Source: Auanema rhodensis
Lineage: Eukaryota; Animalia; Nematoda
Direction of reading: 5' to 3'
Assembly (NCBI GenBank): GCA_964057225.1
Contig: OZ059898.1
Location: forward strand, 16,616,001-16,680,000
DNA: 64,000 nt
The notes under the pieces: generated by a model
What the model was told of the DNA's origin: nothing
The model's input: only the letters and a program-made list of their open reading frames with translations
The model's database searches: none
Made by a program: the position numbers and the translations under genes
Shown here: positions 29,287 to 44,069 of the stretch, in pieces
Layout of the letters: each line of letters starts with the position of its first letter
Position numbering within the stretch: the first letter of the stretch is position 1

Positions 29287-29990
29287 GTGCACATCACGTG
29301 TACATTTAATTAGCATAAATTAAAGTTCACGTAAATTTCAAAGTCATGGTTACCATGAACCAATATCAATAAAAATTTGTTTTTAGACTAATATGGAAAT
29401 GGGGAATCTAATTTTGAAAACCGCATCTCTTTATCTTTCACGTGAAGCGAGTTACATACCAAGTGCACATCACGTGTACATTTAATTAGCATAAATTAAA
29501 GTTCACGTAAATTTCAAAGTCATGGTTACCATGAACCAATATCAATGAAAATTTGTTTTTAGACTAATATGGACATGGGGAATCTAATTTTGAAAACCGC
29601 ATCTTTTTATCTTTCACGTGAAGCGAGTTACATACCAAGTGCACATCACGTGTACATTTAATTAGCATAAATTAAAGTTCACGTAAATTTCAAAGTCATG
29701 GTTACCATGCACCAATATCAATAAAAATTTGTTTTTAGACTAATATGGACATGGGGAATCTAATTTTGAAAACTGCATCTCTTTATCTTTCACGTGAAGC
29801 GAGTTACATACCAAGTGCACATCACGTGTACATTTAATTAGCATAAATTAAAGTTCACGTAAATTTCAAAGTCATGGTTACCATGCACCAATATCAATAA
29901 AAATTTGTTTTTAGACTAATATGGACATGGGGAATCTAATTTTGAAAACCGCATCTCTTTATCTTTCACGTGAAGCGAGTTACATACCAA

Positions 29991-30170
29991 GTGCACATCA
30001 CGTGTACATTTAATTAGCATAAATTAAAGTTCACGTAAATTTCAAAGTCATGGTTACCATGCACCAATATCAATAAAAATTTGTTTTTAAAAAGACTAAT
30101 ATGCACATGGGGAATCTAATTTTGAAAACCGCATCTCTTTATCTTTCACGTGAAGCGAGTTACATACCAA
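29991..30170. repeat. 180-bp monomer, second copy
   Basis: Same variant 884 bp (5 monomers) downstream. Confidence 0.95.
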
Positions 30171-30522
30171 GTGCACATCACGTGTACATTTAATTAGCAT
30201 AAATTAAAGTTGACGTAAATTTCAAAGTCATGGTTACCATGAACCAATATCAATAAAAATTTGTTTTTAGACTAATATGGACATGGGGAATCTAATTTTG
30301 AAAACCGCATCTCTTTATCTTTCACGTGAAGCAAGTTACATACCAAGTGCACATCACGTGTACATTTAATTAGCATAAATTTAAGTTCCCGTAAATTTCA
30401 AAGTCATGGTTACCATGAACCAATATCAATAAAAATTTGTTTTTAGACTAATATGGACATGGGGAATCTAATTTTGAAAACCGCATCTCTTTATCTTTCA
30501 CGTGAAGCGAGTTACATACCAA

Positions 30523-30872
30523 GTGCACATCACGTGTACATTTAATTAGCATAAATTAAAGTTCACCTAAATTTCAAAGTCATGGTTACCATGCACCAAT
30601 ATCAATAAATTTTGTTTTTAGACTAATACGGACATGGGGAATCTAATTTTGAAAACCGCATCTCTATATCTTTCACGTGAAGCGAGTTACATACCAAGTG
30701 CACATCACGTGTACATTTAATTAGCATAAATTAAAGTTCACGTAAATTTCAAAGTCATGGTTACCATGAACCAATATCAATAAATTTTGTTTTTAGACTA
30801 ATACGGACATGGGGAATCTAATTTTGAAAACCGCATCTCTATATCTTTCACGTGAAGCGAGTTACATACCAA
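30523..30872. repeat. Two adjacent 175-bp monomers type B (AATAAATTTTG, T108C, T145A); further copies at 36857 and 39320
   Basis: CAATAAATTTTGTTTTTAGACTAATACGG; each copy shifts the phase by -1. Confidence 0.93.
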
Positions 30873-33800
30873 GTGCACATCACGTGTACATTTAATTAGC
30901 ATAAATTAAAGTTCACGTAAATTACAAAGTCATGGTTACCATGAACCAATATCAATAAAAATTTGTTTTTAGACTAATATGGACATGGGGAATCTAATTT
31001 TGAAAACCGCATCTCTTTATCTTTCACGTGAAGCGAGTTACATACCAAGTGCACATCACGTGTACATTTAATTAGCATAAATTTAAGTTCACGTAAATTT
31101 CAAAGTCATGGTTACCATGAACCAATATCAATAAAAATTTGTTTTTAGACTATTATGGACATGGGGAATCTAAGTTTGAAAACTGCATCTCTTTATCTTT
31201 CACGTGAAGCGAGTTACATACCAAGTGCACATCACGTGTACATTTAATTAGCATAAATTTAAGTTCACGTAAATTTCAAAGTCATGGTTACCATGAACCA
31301 ATATCAATAAAAATTCGTTTTTAGACTAATATGGACATGGGGAATCTAATTTTGAAAACCGCATCTCTTTATTTTTCACGTGAAGCGAGTTACATACCAA
31401 GTGCACATCACGTGTACATTTAATTAGCATAAATTAAAGTTCACCTAAATTTCAAAGTCATGGTTACCATGCACCAATATCAATAAAAATTTGTTTTTAG
31501 ACTAATATGGACATGGGGAATCTAATTTTGAAAACCGCATCTCTTTATCTTTCACGTAAAGCGAGTTACATACCAAGTGCACATCACGTGTACATTTAAT
31601 TAGCATAAATTAAAGTTCACGTAAATTACAAAGTCATGGTTACCATGAACCAATATCAATAAAAATTTGTTTTTAGACTAATATGGACATGGGGAATCTA
31701 ATTTTGAAAACCGCATCTCTTTATCTTACACGTGAAGCGAGTTACATACCAAGTGCACATCACGTGTACATTTAATTAGCATAAATTAAAGTTCACGTAA
31801 ATTCCAAAGACATGGTTACCATGCACCAATATCAATAAAAATTTGTTTTTAGACTAATATGGACATGAGGAATCTAATTTTGAAAACCGCATCTCTTTAT
31901 CTTTCACCTGAAGCGAGTTACATACCAAGTGCACATCACGTGTACATTTAATTAGCATAAATTAAAGTTCACGTAAATTTCAAAGTCATGGTTACCATGA
32001 ACCAATATCAATAAAAAGTTGTTTTTAGACTAATATGGACATGGGGAATCTAATTTTGAAAACCGCATCTCTTTATCTTTCACGTGAAGCGAGTTACATA
32101 CCAAGTGCACATCACGTGTACATTTAATTAGCATAAATTAAAGTTCACGTAAATTTCAAAGTCATGGTTACCATGCACCAATATCAATAAAAATTTGTTT
32201 TTAGACTAATATGGACATGGGGAATCTAATTTTGAAAACCGCATCTCTTTATCTTTCACGTGAAGCAAGTTACATACCAAGTGCACATCACGTTTACATT
32301 TAATTAGCATAAATTAAAGTTCACGTAAATTACAAAGTCATGGTTACCATGCACCAATATCAATAAAAATTTGTTTTTAGAGTAATATGGACATGGGGAA
32401 TCTAATTTTGAAAACCGCATCTCTTTATCTTTCACGTGAAGCGAGTTACATACCAAGTGCACATCACGTGTACATTTAATTAGCATAAATTAAAGTTCAC
32501 GTAAATTTCAAAGTCATGGTTACCATGAACCAATATCAATAAAAAGTTGTTTTTAGACTAATATGGACATGGGGAATCTAATTTTGAAAACCGCATCTCT
32601 TTATCTTTCACGTGAAGCGAGTTACATACCAAGTGCACATCACGTGTACATTTAATTAGCATAAATTAAAGTTCACGTAAATTTCAAAGTCATGGTTACC
32701 ATGCACCAATATCAATAAAAATTTGTTTTTAGACTAATATGGACATGGGGAATCTAATTTTGAAAACCGCATCTCTTTATCTTTCACGTGAAGCAAGTTA
32801 CATACCAAGTGCACATCACGTGTACATTTAATTAGCATAAATTAAAGTTCACGTAAATTTCAAAGTCATGGTTACCATGAACCAATATCAATAAAAATTT
32901 GTTTTTAGACTAATATGGACATGGGGAATCTAATTTTAAAAACAGCATCTCTTTATCTTTCACGTGAAGCGAGTTACATACCAAGTGCACATCACGTGTA
33001 CATTTAATTAGCATAAATTTAAGTTCACGTAAATTTCAAAGTCATGGTTACCATGAACCAATATCAATAAAAAGTTGTTTTTAGACTAATATGGACATGG
33101 GGAATCTAATTTTGAAAACCGCATCTCTATATCTTTCACGTGAAGCGAGTTACATACCAAGTGCACATCACGTGTACATTTAATTAGCATAAATTAAAGT
33201 TCACGTAAATTTCAAAGTCATGGTTACCATGCACCAATATCAATAAAAATTTGTTTTTAGACTAATATGGACATGGGGAATCTAATTTTGAAAACCGCAT
33301 CTCTTTATCTTTCACGTGAAGCGAGTTACATACCAAGTGCACATCACGTGTACATTTAATTAGCATAAATTTAAGTTCACGTAAATTTCAAAGTCATGGT
33401 TACCATGAACCAATATCAATAAAAAGTTGTTTTTAGACTAATATGGACATGGGGAATCTAATTTTGAAAACCGCATCTCTATATCTTTCACGTGAAGCGA
33501 GTTACATACCAAGTGCACATCACGTGTACATTTAATTAGCATAAATTAAAGTTCACGTAAATTTCAAAGTCATGGTTACCATGAACCAATATCAATAAAA
33601 ATTTGTTTTTAGACTAATATGGACATGGGGAATCTAATTTTAAAAACAGCATCTCTTTATCTTTCACGTGAAGCGAGTTACATACCAAGTGCACATCACG
33701 TGTACATTTAATTAGCATAAATTAAAGTTCACGTAAATTACAAAGTCATGGTTACCATGAACCAATATCAATAAAAATTTGTTTTTAGACTAATATAGAC

Positions 33801-36152
33801 ATGGGGAATCTAATTTTGAAAACCGCATCTCTTTATCTTTCACGTGAAGCGAGTTACATACCAAGTGCACATCACGTGTACATTTAATTAGCATAAATTT
33901 AAGTTCACGTAAATTTCAAAGTCATGGTTACCATGAACCAATATCAATAAAAATTTGTTTTTAGACTAATATGGACATGGGGAATCTAATTTTGAAAACC
34001 GCATCTCTTTATCTTACACGTGAAGCGAGTTACATACCAAGTGCACATCACGTGTACATTTAATTAGCATAAATTAAAGTTCACGTAAATTCCAAAGACA
34101 TGGTTACCATGCACCAATATCAATAAAAAGTTGTTTTTAGACTAATATGGACATGGGGAATCTAATTTTGAAAACCGCATCTCTATATCTTTCACGTGAA
34201 GCGAGTTACATACCAAGTGCACATCACGTGTACATTTAATTAGCATAAATTAAAGTTCACGTAAATTCCAAAGACATGGTTACCATGCACCAATATCAAT
34301 AAAAATTTGTTTTTAGACTAATATGGACATGGGGAATCTAATTTTGAAAACCGCATCTCTTTATCTTACACGTGAAGCGAGTTACATACCAAGTGCACAT
34401 CACGTGTACATTTAATTAGCATAAATTAAAGTTCACGTAAATTCCAAAGACATGGTTACCATGCACCAATATCAATAAAAATTTGTTTTTAGACTAATAT
34501 GGACATGAGGAATCTAATTTTGAAAACCGCATCTCTTTATCTTTCACCTGAAGCGAGTTACATACCAAGTGCACATCACGTGTACATTTAATTAGCATAA
34601 ATTAAAGTTCACGTAAATTTCAAAGTCATGGTTACCATGAACCAATATCAATAAAAAGTTGTTTTTAGACTAATATGGACATGGGGAATCTAATTTTGAA
34701 AACCGCATCTCTTTATCTTTCACGTGAAGCGAGTTACATACCAAGTGCACATCACGTGTACATTTAATTAGCATAAATTAAAGTTCACGTAAATTTCAAA
34801 GTCATGGTTACCATGCACCAATATCAATAAAAATTTGTTTTTAGACTAATATGGACATGGGGAATCTAATTTTGAAAACCGCATCTCTTTATCTTTCACG
34901 TGAAGCAAGTTACATACCAAGTGCACATCACGTTTACATTTAATTAGCATAAATTAAAGTTCACGTAAATTACAAAGTCATGGTTACCATGCACCAATAT
35001 CAATAAAAATTTGTTTTTAGAGTAATATGGACATGGGGAATCTAATTTTGAAAACCGCATCTCTTTATCTTTCACGTGAAGCGAGTTACATACCAAGTGC
35101 ACATCACGTGTACATTTAATTAGCATAAATTAAAGTTCACGTAAATTTCAAAGTCATGGTTACCATGCACCAATATCAATAAAAATTTGTTTTTAGACTA
35201 ATATGGACATGGGGAATCTAATTTTGAAAACCGCAGCTCTATATCTTTCACGTGAAGCGAGTTACATACCAAGTGCACATCACGTGTACATTTAATTAGC
35301 ATAAATTAAAGTTCACGTAAATTTCAAAGTCATGGTTACCATGCACCAATATCAATAAAAATTTGTTTTTAGACTAATATGGACATGGGGAATCTAATTT
35401 TGAAAACCGCATCTCTTTATCTTTCACGTGAAGCGAGTTACATACCAAGTGCACATCACGTGTACATTTAATTAGCATAAATTTAAGTTCACGTAAATTT
35501 CAAAGTCATGGTTACCATGAACCAATATCAATAAAAAGTTGTTTTTAGACTAATATGGACATGGGGAATCTAATTTTGAAAACCGCATCTCTATATCTTT
35601 CACGTGAAGCGAGTTACATACCAAGTGCACATCACGTGTACATTTAATTAGCATAAATTAAAGTTCACGTAAATTTCAAAGTCATGGTTACCATGAACCA
35701 ATATCAATAAAAATTTGTTTTTAGACTAATATGGACATGGGGAATCTAATTTTGAAAACCGCATCTCTTTATCTTTCACGTGAAGCAAGTTACATACCAA
35801 GTGCACATCACGTGTACATTTAATTAGCATAAATTAAAGTTCACGTAAATTTCAAAGTCATGGTTACCATGAACCAATATCAATAAAAATTTGTTTTTAG
35901 ACTAATATGGACATGGGGAATCTAATTTTAAAAACAGCATCTCTTTATCTTTCACGTGAAGCGAGTTACATACCAAGTGCACATCACGTGTACATTTAAT
36001 TAGCATAAATTTAAGTTCACGTAAATTTCAAAGTCATGGTTACCATGAACCAATATCAATAAAAATTCGTTTTTAGACTAATATGGACATGGGGAATCTA
36101 ATTTTGAAAACCGCATCTCTTTATCTTTCACGTGAAGCGAGTTACATACCAA

Positions 36153-39100
36153 GTGCACATCACGTGTACATTTAATTAGCATAAATTTAAGTTCACGTAA
36201 ATTTCAAAGTCATGGTTACCATGAACCAATATCAATAAAAAGTTGTTTTTAGACTAATATGGACATGGGGAATCTAATTTTGAAAACCGCATCTCTATAT
36301 CTTTCACGTGAAGCGAGTTACATACCAAGTGCACATCACGTGTACATTTAATTAGCATAAATTAAAGTTCACGTAAATTTCAAAGTCATGGTTACCATGA
36401 ACCAATATCAATAAAAATTTGTTTTTAGACTAATATGGACATGGGGAATCTAATTTTAAAAACAGCATCTCTTTATCTTTCACGTGAAGCGAGTTACATA
36501 CCAAGTGCACATCACGTGTACATTTAATTAGCATAAATTAAAGTTCACGTAAATTACAAAGTCATGGTTACCATGAACCAATATCAATAAAAATTTGTTT
36601 TTAGACTAATATGGACATGGGGAATCTAATTTTGAAAACCGCATCTCTTTATCTTTCACGTGAAGCGAGTTACATACCAAGTGCACATCACGTGTACATT
36701 TAATTAGCATAAATTTAAGTTCACGTAAATTTCAAAGTCATGGTTACCATGAACCAATATCAATAAAAATTTGTTTTTAGACTAATATGGACATGGGGAA
36801 TCTAATTTTGAAAACCGCATCTCTTTATCTTTCACGTGAAGCGAGTTACATACCAAGTGCACATCACGTGTACATTTAATTAGCATAAATTAAAGTTCAC
36901 CTAAATTTCAAAGTCATGGTTACCATGCACCAATATCAATAAATTTTGTTTTTAGACTAATACGGACATGGGGAATCTAATTTTGAAAACCGCATCTCTA
37001 TATCTTTCACGTGAAGCGAGTTACATACCAAGTGCACATCACGTGTACATTTAATTAGCATAAATTAAAGTTCACGTAAATTTCAAAGTCATGGTTACCA
37101 TGAACCAATATCAATGAAAATTTGTTTTCAGACTAATATGGACATGGGGAATCTAATTTTGAAAACCGCATCTTTTTATCTTTGACGTGAAGCGAGTTAC
37201 ATACCAAGTGCACATCACGTGTACGTTTAATTAGCATAAATTAAAGTTCACGTAAATTTCAAAGTCATGGTTACCATGCACCAATATCAATAAAAATTTG
37301 TTTTTAGACTAATATGGACATGGGGAATCTAATTTTGAAAACCGCATCTCTTTATCTTTCACGTGAAGCGAGTTACATACCAAGTGCACATCACGTGTAC
37401 ATTTAATTAGCATAAATTAAAGTTCACGTAAATTTCAAAGTCATGGTTACCATGAACCAATATCAACAAAAATTTGTTTTTAGACTAATATGGACATGGG
37501 GAATCTAATTTTGAAAACCGCATCTCTTTATCTTTCACGTGAAGCGAGTTACATACCAAGTGCACATCACGTGTACATTTAATTAGCATAAATTAAAGTT
37601 CACGTAAATTCCAAAGACATGGTTACCATGCACCAATATCAATAAAAATTTGTTTTTAGACTAATATGGACATGAGGAATCTAATTTTGAAAACCGCATC
37701 TCTTTATCTTTCACCTGAAGCGAGTTACATACCAAGTGCACATCACGTGTACATTTAATTAGCATAAATTAAAGTTCACGTAAATTTCAAAGTCATGGTT
37801 ACCATGAACCAATATCAATAAAAAGTTGTTTTTAGACTAATATGGACATGGGGAATCTAATTTTGAAAACCGCATCTCTTTATCTTTCACGTGAAGCGAG
37901 TTACATACCAAGTGCACATCACGTGTACATTTAATTAGCATAAATTAAAGTTCACGTAAATTTCAAAGTCATGGTTACCATGCACCAATATCAATAAAAA
38001 TTTGTTTTTAGACTAATATGGACATGGGGAATCTAATTTTGAAAACCGCATCTCTTTATCTTTCACGTGAAGCAAGTTACATACCAAGTGCACATCACGT
38101 GTACATTTAATTAGCATAAATTAAAGTTCACGTAAATTTCAAAGTCATGGTTACCATGAACCAATATCAATAAAAATTTGTTTTTAGACTAATATGGACA
38201 TGGGGAATCTAATTTTAAAAACAGCATCTCTTTATCTTTCACGTGAAGCGAGTTACATACCAAGTGCACATCACGTGTACATTTAATTAGCATAAATTTA
38301 AGTTCACGTAAATTTCAAAGTCATGGTTACCATGAACCAATATCAATAAAAAGTTGTTTTTAGACTAATATGGACATGGGGAATCTAATTTTGAAAACCG
38401 CATCTCTATATCTTTCACGTGAAGCGAGTTACATACCAAGTGCACATCACGTGTACATTTAATTAGCATAAATTAAAGTTCACGTAAATTTCAAAGTCAT
38501 GGTTACCATGCACCAATATCAATAAAAATTTGTTTTTAGACTAATATGGACATGGGGAATCTAATTTTGAAAACCGCATCTCTTTATCTTTCACGTGAAG
38601 CGAGTTACATACCAAGTGCACATCACGTGTACATTTAATTAGCATAAATTTAAGTTCACGTAAATTTCAAAGTCATGGTTACCATGAACCAATATCAATA
38701 AAAAGTTGTTTTTAGACTAATATGGACATGGGGAATCTAATTTTGAAAACCGCATCTCTATATCTTTCACGTGAAGCGAGTTACATACCAAGTGCACATC
38801 ACGTGTACATTTAATTAGCATAAATTAAAGTTCACGTAAATTTCAAAGTCATGGTTACCATGAACCAATATCAATAAAAATTTGTTTTTAGACTAATATG
38901 GACATGGGGAATCTAATTTTAAAAACAGCATCTCTTTATCTTTCACGTGAAGCGAGTTACATACCAAGTGCACATCACGTGTACATTTAATTAGCATAAA
39001 TTAAAGTTCACGTAAATTACAAAGTCATGGTTACCATGAACCAATATCAATAAAAATTTGTTTTTAGACTAATATGGACATGGGGAATCTAATTTTGAAA

Positions 39101-40550
39101 ACCGCATCTCTTTATCTTTCACGTGAAGCGAGTTACATACCAAGTGCACATCACGTGTACATTTAATTAGCATAAATTTAAGTTCACGTAAATTTCAAAG
39201 TCATGGTTACCATGAACCAATATCAATAAAAATTTGTTTTTAGACTAATATGGACATGGGGAATCTAATTTTGAAAACCGCATCTCTTTATCTTTCACGT
39301 GAAGCGAGTTACATACCAAGTGCACATCACGTGTACATTTAATTAGCATAAATTAAAGTTCACCTAAATTTCAAAGTCATGGTTACCATGCACCAATATC
39401 AATAAATTTTGTTTTTAGACTAATACGGACATGGGGAATCTAATTTTGAAAACCGCATCTCTATATCTTTCACGTGAAGCGAGTTACATACCAAGTGCAC
39501 ATCACGTGTACATTTAATTAGCATAAATTAAAGTTCACGTAAATTTCAAAGTCATGGTTACCATGAACCAATATCAATGAAAATTTGTTTTCAGACTAAT
39601 ATGGACATGGGGAATCTAATTTTGAAAACCGCATCTTTTTATCTTTGACGTGAAGCGAGTTACATACCAAGTGCACATCACGTGTACGTTTAATTAGCAT
39701 AAATTAAAGTTCACGTAAATTTCAAAGTCATGGTTACCATGCACCAATATCAATAAAAATTTGTTTTTAGACTAATATGGACATGGGGAATCTAATTTTG
39801 AAAACCGCATCTCTTTATCTTTCACGTGAAGCGAGTTACATACCAAGTGCACATCACGTGTACATTTAATTAGCATAAATTAAAGTTCACGTAAATTTCA
39901 AAGTCATGGTTACCATGAACCAATATCAACAAAAATTTGTTTTTAGACTAATATGGACATGGGGAATCTAATTTTGAAAACCGCATCTCTTTATCTTTCA
40001 CGTGAAGCGAGTTACATACCAAGTGCACATCACGTGTACATTTAATTAGCATAAATTAAAGTTCACGTAAATTCCAAAGACATGGTTACCATGCACCAAT
40101 ATCAATAAAAATTTGTTTTTAGACTAATATGGACATGAGGAATCTAATTTTGAAAACCGCATCTCTTTATCTTTCACCTGAAGCGAGTTACATACCAAGT
40201 GCACATCACGTGTACATTTAATTAGCATAAATTAAAGTTCACGTAAATTTCAAAGTCATGGTTACCATGAACCAATATCAATAAAAAGTTGTTTTTAGAC
40301 TAATATGGACATGGGGAATCTAATTTTGAAAACCGCATCTCTTTATCTTTCACGTGAAGCGAGTTACATACCAAGTGCACATCACGTGTACATTTAATTA
40401 GCATAAATTAAAGTTCACGTAAATTTCAAAGTCATGGTTACCATGCACCAATATCAATAAAAATTTGTTTTTAGACTAATATGGACATGGGGAATCTAAT
40501 TTTGAAAACCGCATCTCTTTATCTTTCACGTGAAGCAAGTTACATACCAA
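36153..40550. repeat. 11-monomer block duplication: 36153-38087 = 38616-40550 (offset 2463)
   Basis: Shared ordered rare variants: 175-bp monomer, AATGAAAA/TTTTCAG/TTTGACG monomer, GTACGTT, TTCCAAAGAC/CACCTG. Confidence 0.92.
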
Positions 40551-43500
40551 GTGCACATCACGTGTACATTTAATTAGCATAAATTAAAGTTCACGTAAAT
40601 TTCAAAGTCATGGTTACCATGAACCAATATCAATAAAAAGTTGTTTTTAGACTAATATGGACATGGGGAATCTAATTTTGAAAACCGCATCTCTTTATCT
40701 TTCACGTGAAGCGAGTTACATACCAAGTGCACATCACGTGTACATTTAATTAGCATAAATTAAAGTTCACGTAAATTTCAAAGTCATGGTTACCATGCAC
40801 CAATATCAATAAAAATTTGTTTTTAGACTAATATGGACATGGGGAATCTAATTTTGAAAACCGCATCTCTTTATCTTTCACGTGAAGCGAGTTACATACC
40901 AAGTGCACATCACGTGTACATTTAATTAGCATAAATTAAAGTTCACGTAAATTACAAAGTCATGGTTACCATGAACCAATATCAATAAAAATTTGTTTTT
41001 AGACTAATATGGACATGGGGATTCTAATTATGAAAACCGCATCTCTTTATCTTTCACGTGAAGCGAGTTACATACCAAGTGCACATCACGTGTACATTTA
41101 ATTAGCATAAATTAAAGTTCACGTAAATTTCAAAGTCATGGTTACCATGAACCAATATCAACAAAAATTTGTTTTTAGACTAATATGGACATGGGGAATC
41201 TAATTTTGAAAACCGCATCTCTTTATCTTTCACGTGAAGCGAGTTACATACCAAGTGCACATCACGTGTACATTTAATTAGCATAAATTAAAGTTCACGT
41301 AAATTTCAAAGTCATGGTTACCATGAACCAATATCAATAAAAAGTTGTTTTTAGACTAATATGGACATGGGGAATCTAATTTTGAAAACCGCATCTCTTT
41401 ATCTTTCACGTGAAGCGAGTTACATACCAAGTGCACATCACGTGTACATTTAATTAGCATAAATTAAAGTTCACGTAAATTTCAAAGTCATGGTTACCAT
41501 GCACCAATATCAATAAAAATTTGTTTTTAGACTAATATGGACATGGGGAATCTAATTTTGAAAACCGCATCTCTTTATCTTTCACGTGAAGCGAGTTACA
41601 TACCAAGTGCACATCACGTGTACATTTAATTAGCATAAATTAAAGTTCACGTAAATTTCAAAGTCATGGTTACCATGAACCAATATCAACAAAAATTTGT
41701 TTTTAGACTAATATGGACATGGGGAATCTAATTTTGAAAACCGCATCTCTTTATCTTTTACGTGAAGCGAGTTACATACCAAGTGCACATCACGTGTACA
41801 TTTAATTAGCATAAATTAAAGTTCACGTAAATTTCAAAGTCATGGTTACCATGAACCAATATCAATAAAAAGTTGTTTTTAGACTAATATGGACATGGGG
41901 AATCTAATTTTGAAAACCGCATCTCTTTATCTTTCACGTGAAGCGAGTTACATACCAAGTGCACATCACGTGTACATTTAATTAGCATAAATTAAAGTTC
42001 ACGTAAATTTCAAAGTCATGGTTACCATGCACCAATATCAATAAAAATTTGTTTTTACACTAATATGGACATGGGGAATCTAATTTTGAAAACCGCATCT
42101 CTTTATCTTTCACGTGAAGCGAGTTACATACCAAGTGCACATCACGTGTACATTTAATTAGCATAAATTAAAGTTCACGTAAATTTCAAAGTCATGGTTA
42201 CCATGAACCAATATCAATAAAAATTTGTTTTTAAACTAATATGGACATGGGGAATCTAATTTTGAAAACCGTATCTCTTTATCTTTCACGTGAAGCGAGT
42301 TACATACCAAGTACACATCACGTGTACATTTAATTAGCATAAATTAAAGTTCACGTAAATTTCAAAGTCATGGTTACCATGCACCAATATCAATAAAAAT
42401 TTGTTTTTAGACTAATATGGACATGGGGAATCTAATTTTGAAAACCGCATCTCTTTATCTTTCACGTGAAGCGAGTTACATACCAAGTGCACATCACGTG
42501 TACATTTAATTAGCATAAATTAAAGTTCACGTAAATTTCAAAGTCATGGTTACCATGAACCAATATCAATAAAAATTTGTTTTTAGACTAATATGGACAT
42601 GGGGAATCTAATTTTGAAAACCGCATCTCTTTATCTTCTACGTGAAGCGAGTTACATACCAAGTGCACATCACGTGTACATTTAATTAGCATAAATTAAA
42701 GTTCACGTAAATTTCAAAGTCATGGTTACCATGAACCAATATCAATAAAAATTTGTTTTTAGACTAATATGGACATGGGGAATCTAATTTTGAAAACCGC
42801 ATCTCTTTATCTTTCACGTGAAGCGAGTTACATACCAAGTGCACATCACGTGTACATTTAATTAGCATAAATTAAAGTTCACGTAAATTTCAAAGTCATG
42901 GTTACCATGAACCAATATCAACAAAAATTTGTTTTGAGACTAATATGGACATGGGGAATCTAATTTTGAAAACCGCATCTCTTTATCTTTCACGTGAAGC
43001 GAATTACATACCAAGTGCACATCACGTTTACATTTAATTAGCATAAATTAAAGTTCACGTAAATTTCAAAGTCATGGTTACCATGAACCAATATCAATAA
43101 AAATTTGTTTTTAGACTAATATGGACATGGGGAATCTAATTTTGAAAACCGCATCTCTTTATCTTTCACGTGAAGCGAGTTACATACCAAGTGCACATCA
43201 CGTTTACATTTAATTAGCATAAATTAAAGTTCACGTAAATTTCAAAGTCATGGTTACCATGAACCAATATCAATAAAAATTTGTTTTTAGACTAATATGG
43301 ACATGGGGAATCTAATTTTGAAAACCGCATCTCTTTATCTTTCACGTGAAGCGAGTTACATACCAAGTGCACATCACGTGTACAATTAATTAGCATAAAT
43401 TAAAGTTCACGTAAATTACAAAGTCATGGTTACCATGAACCAATATCAATAAAAATTTGTTTTTAGACTAATATGGACATGGGGAATCTAATTTTGAAAA

Positions 43501-43894
43501 CCGCATCTCTTTATCTTTCACGTGAAGCGAGTTACATACCAAGTGCACATCACGTGTACATTTAATTAGCATAAATTAAAGTTCACGTAAATTTCAAAGT
43601 CATGGTTACCATGAACCAATATCAATAAAAATTTGTTTTTAGACTAATATGGACATGGGGAATCTAATTTTGAAAACTGCATCTCTTTATCTTTCACGTG
43701 AAGCGAGTTACGTACCAAGTGCACATCACGTGTACATTTAATTAGCATAAATTAAAGTTCACGTAAATTTCAAAGTCATGGTTACCATGCACCAATATCA
43801 ATAAAAATTTGTTTTTAGACTAATATGGACATGGGGAATCTAATTTTGAAAACCGTATCTCTTTATCTTTCACGTGAAGCGAGTTACATACCAA

Positions 43895-44069
43895 GTACAC
43901 ATCACGTGTACATTTAATTAGCATAAATTAAAGTTCACGTAAATTTCAAAGTCATGGTTACCATGCACCAATATCAATAAAATTTGTTTTTAGACTAATA
44001 TGGACATGGGGAATCTAATTTTGAAAACCGCATCTCTTTATCTTTCACGTGAAGCGAGTTACATACCAA
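43895..44069. repeat. 175-bp monomer type C (one A lost from the A5 tract; singleton)
   Basis: CAATAAAATTTG. A single-copy homopolymer indel, so it could be a sequencing error. Confidence 0.8.

Noticed and set aside
32304-32486. 60-aa ORF on the minus strand as a gene
   Set aside because: It is one satellite monomer with C102G removing a stop. I recognise no domain, and 176 is not a multiple of 3, so the frame cannot continue.
34944-35126. Identical 60-aa ORF
   Set aside because: It is a copy of the previous one within a block duplicated at a 2640-bp offset.
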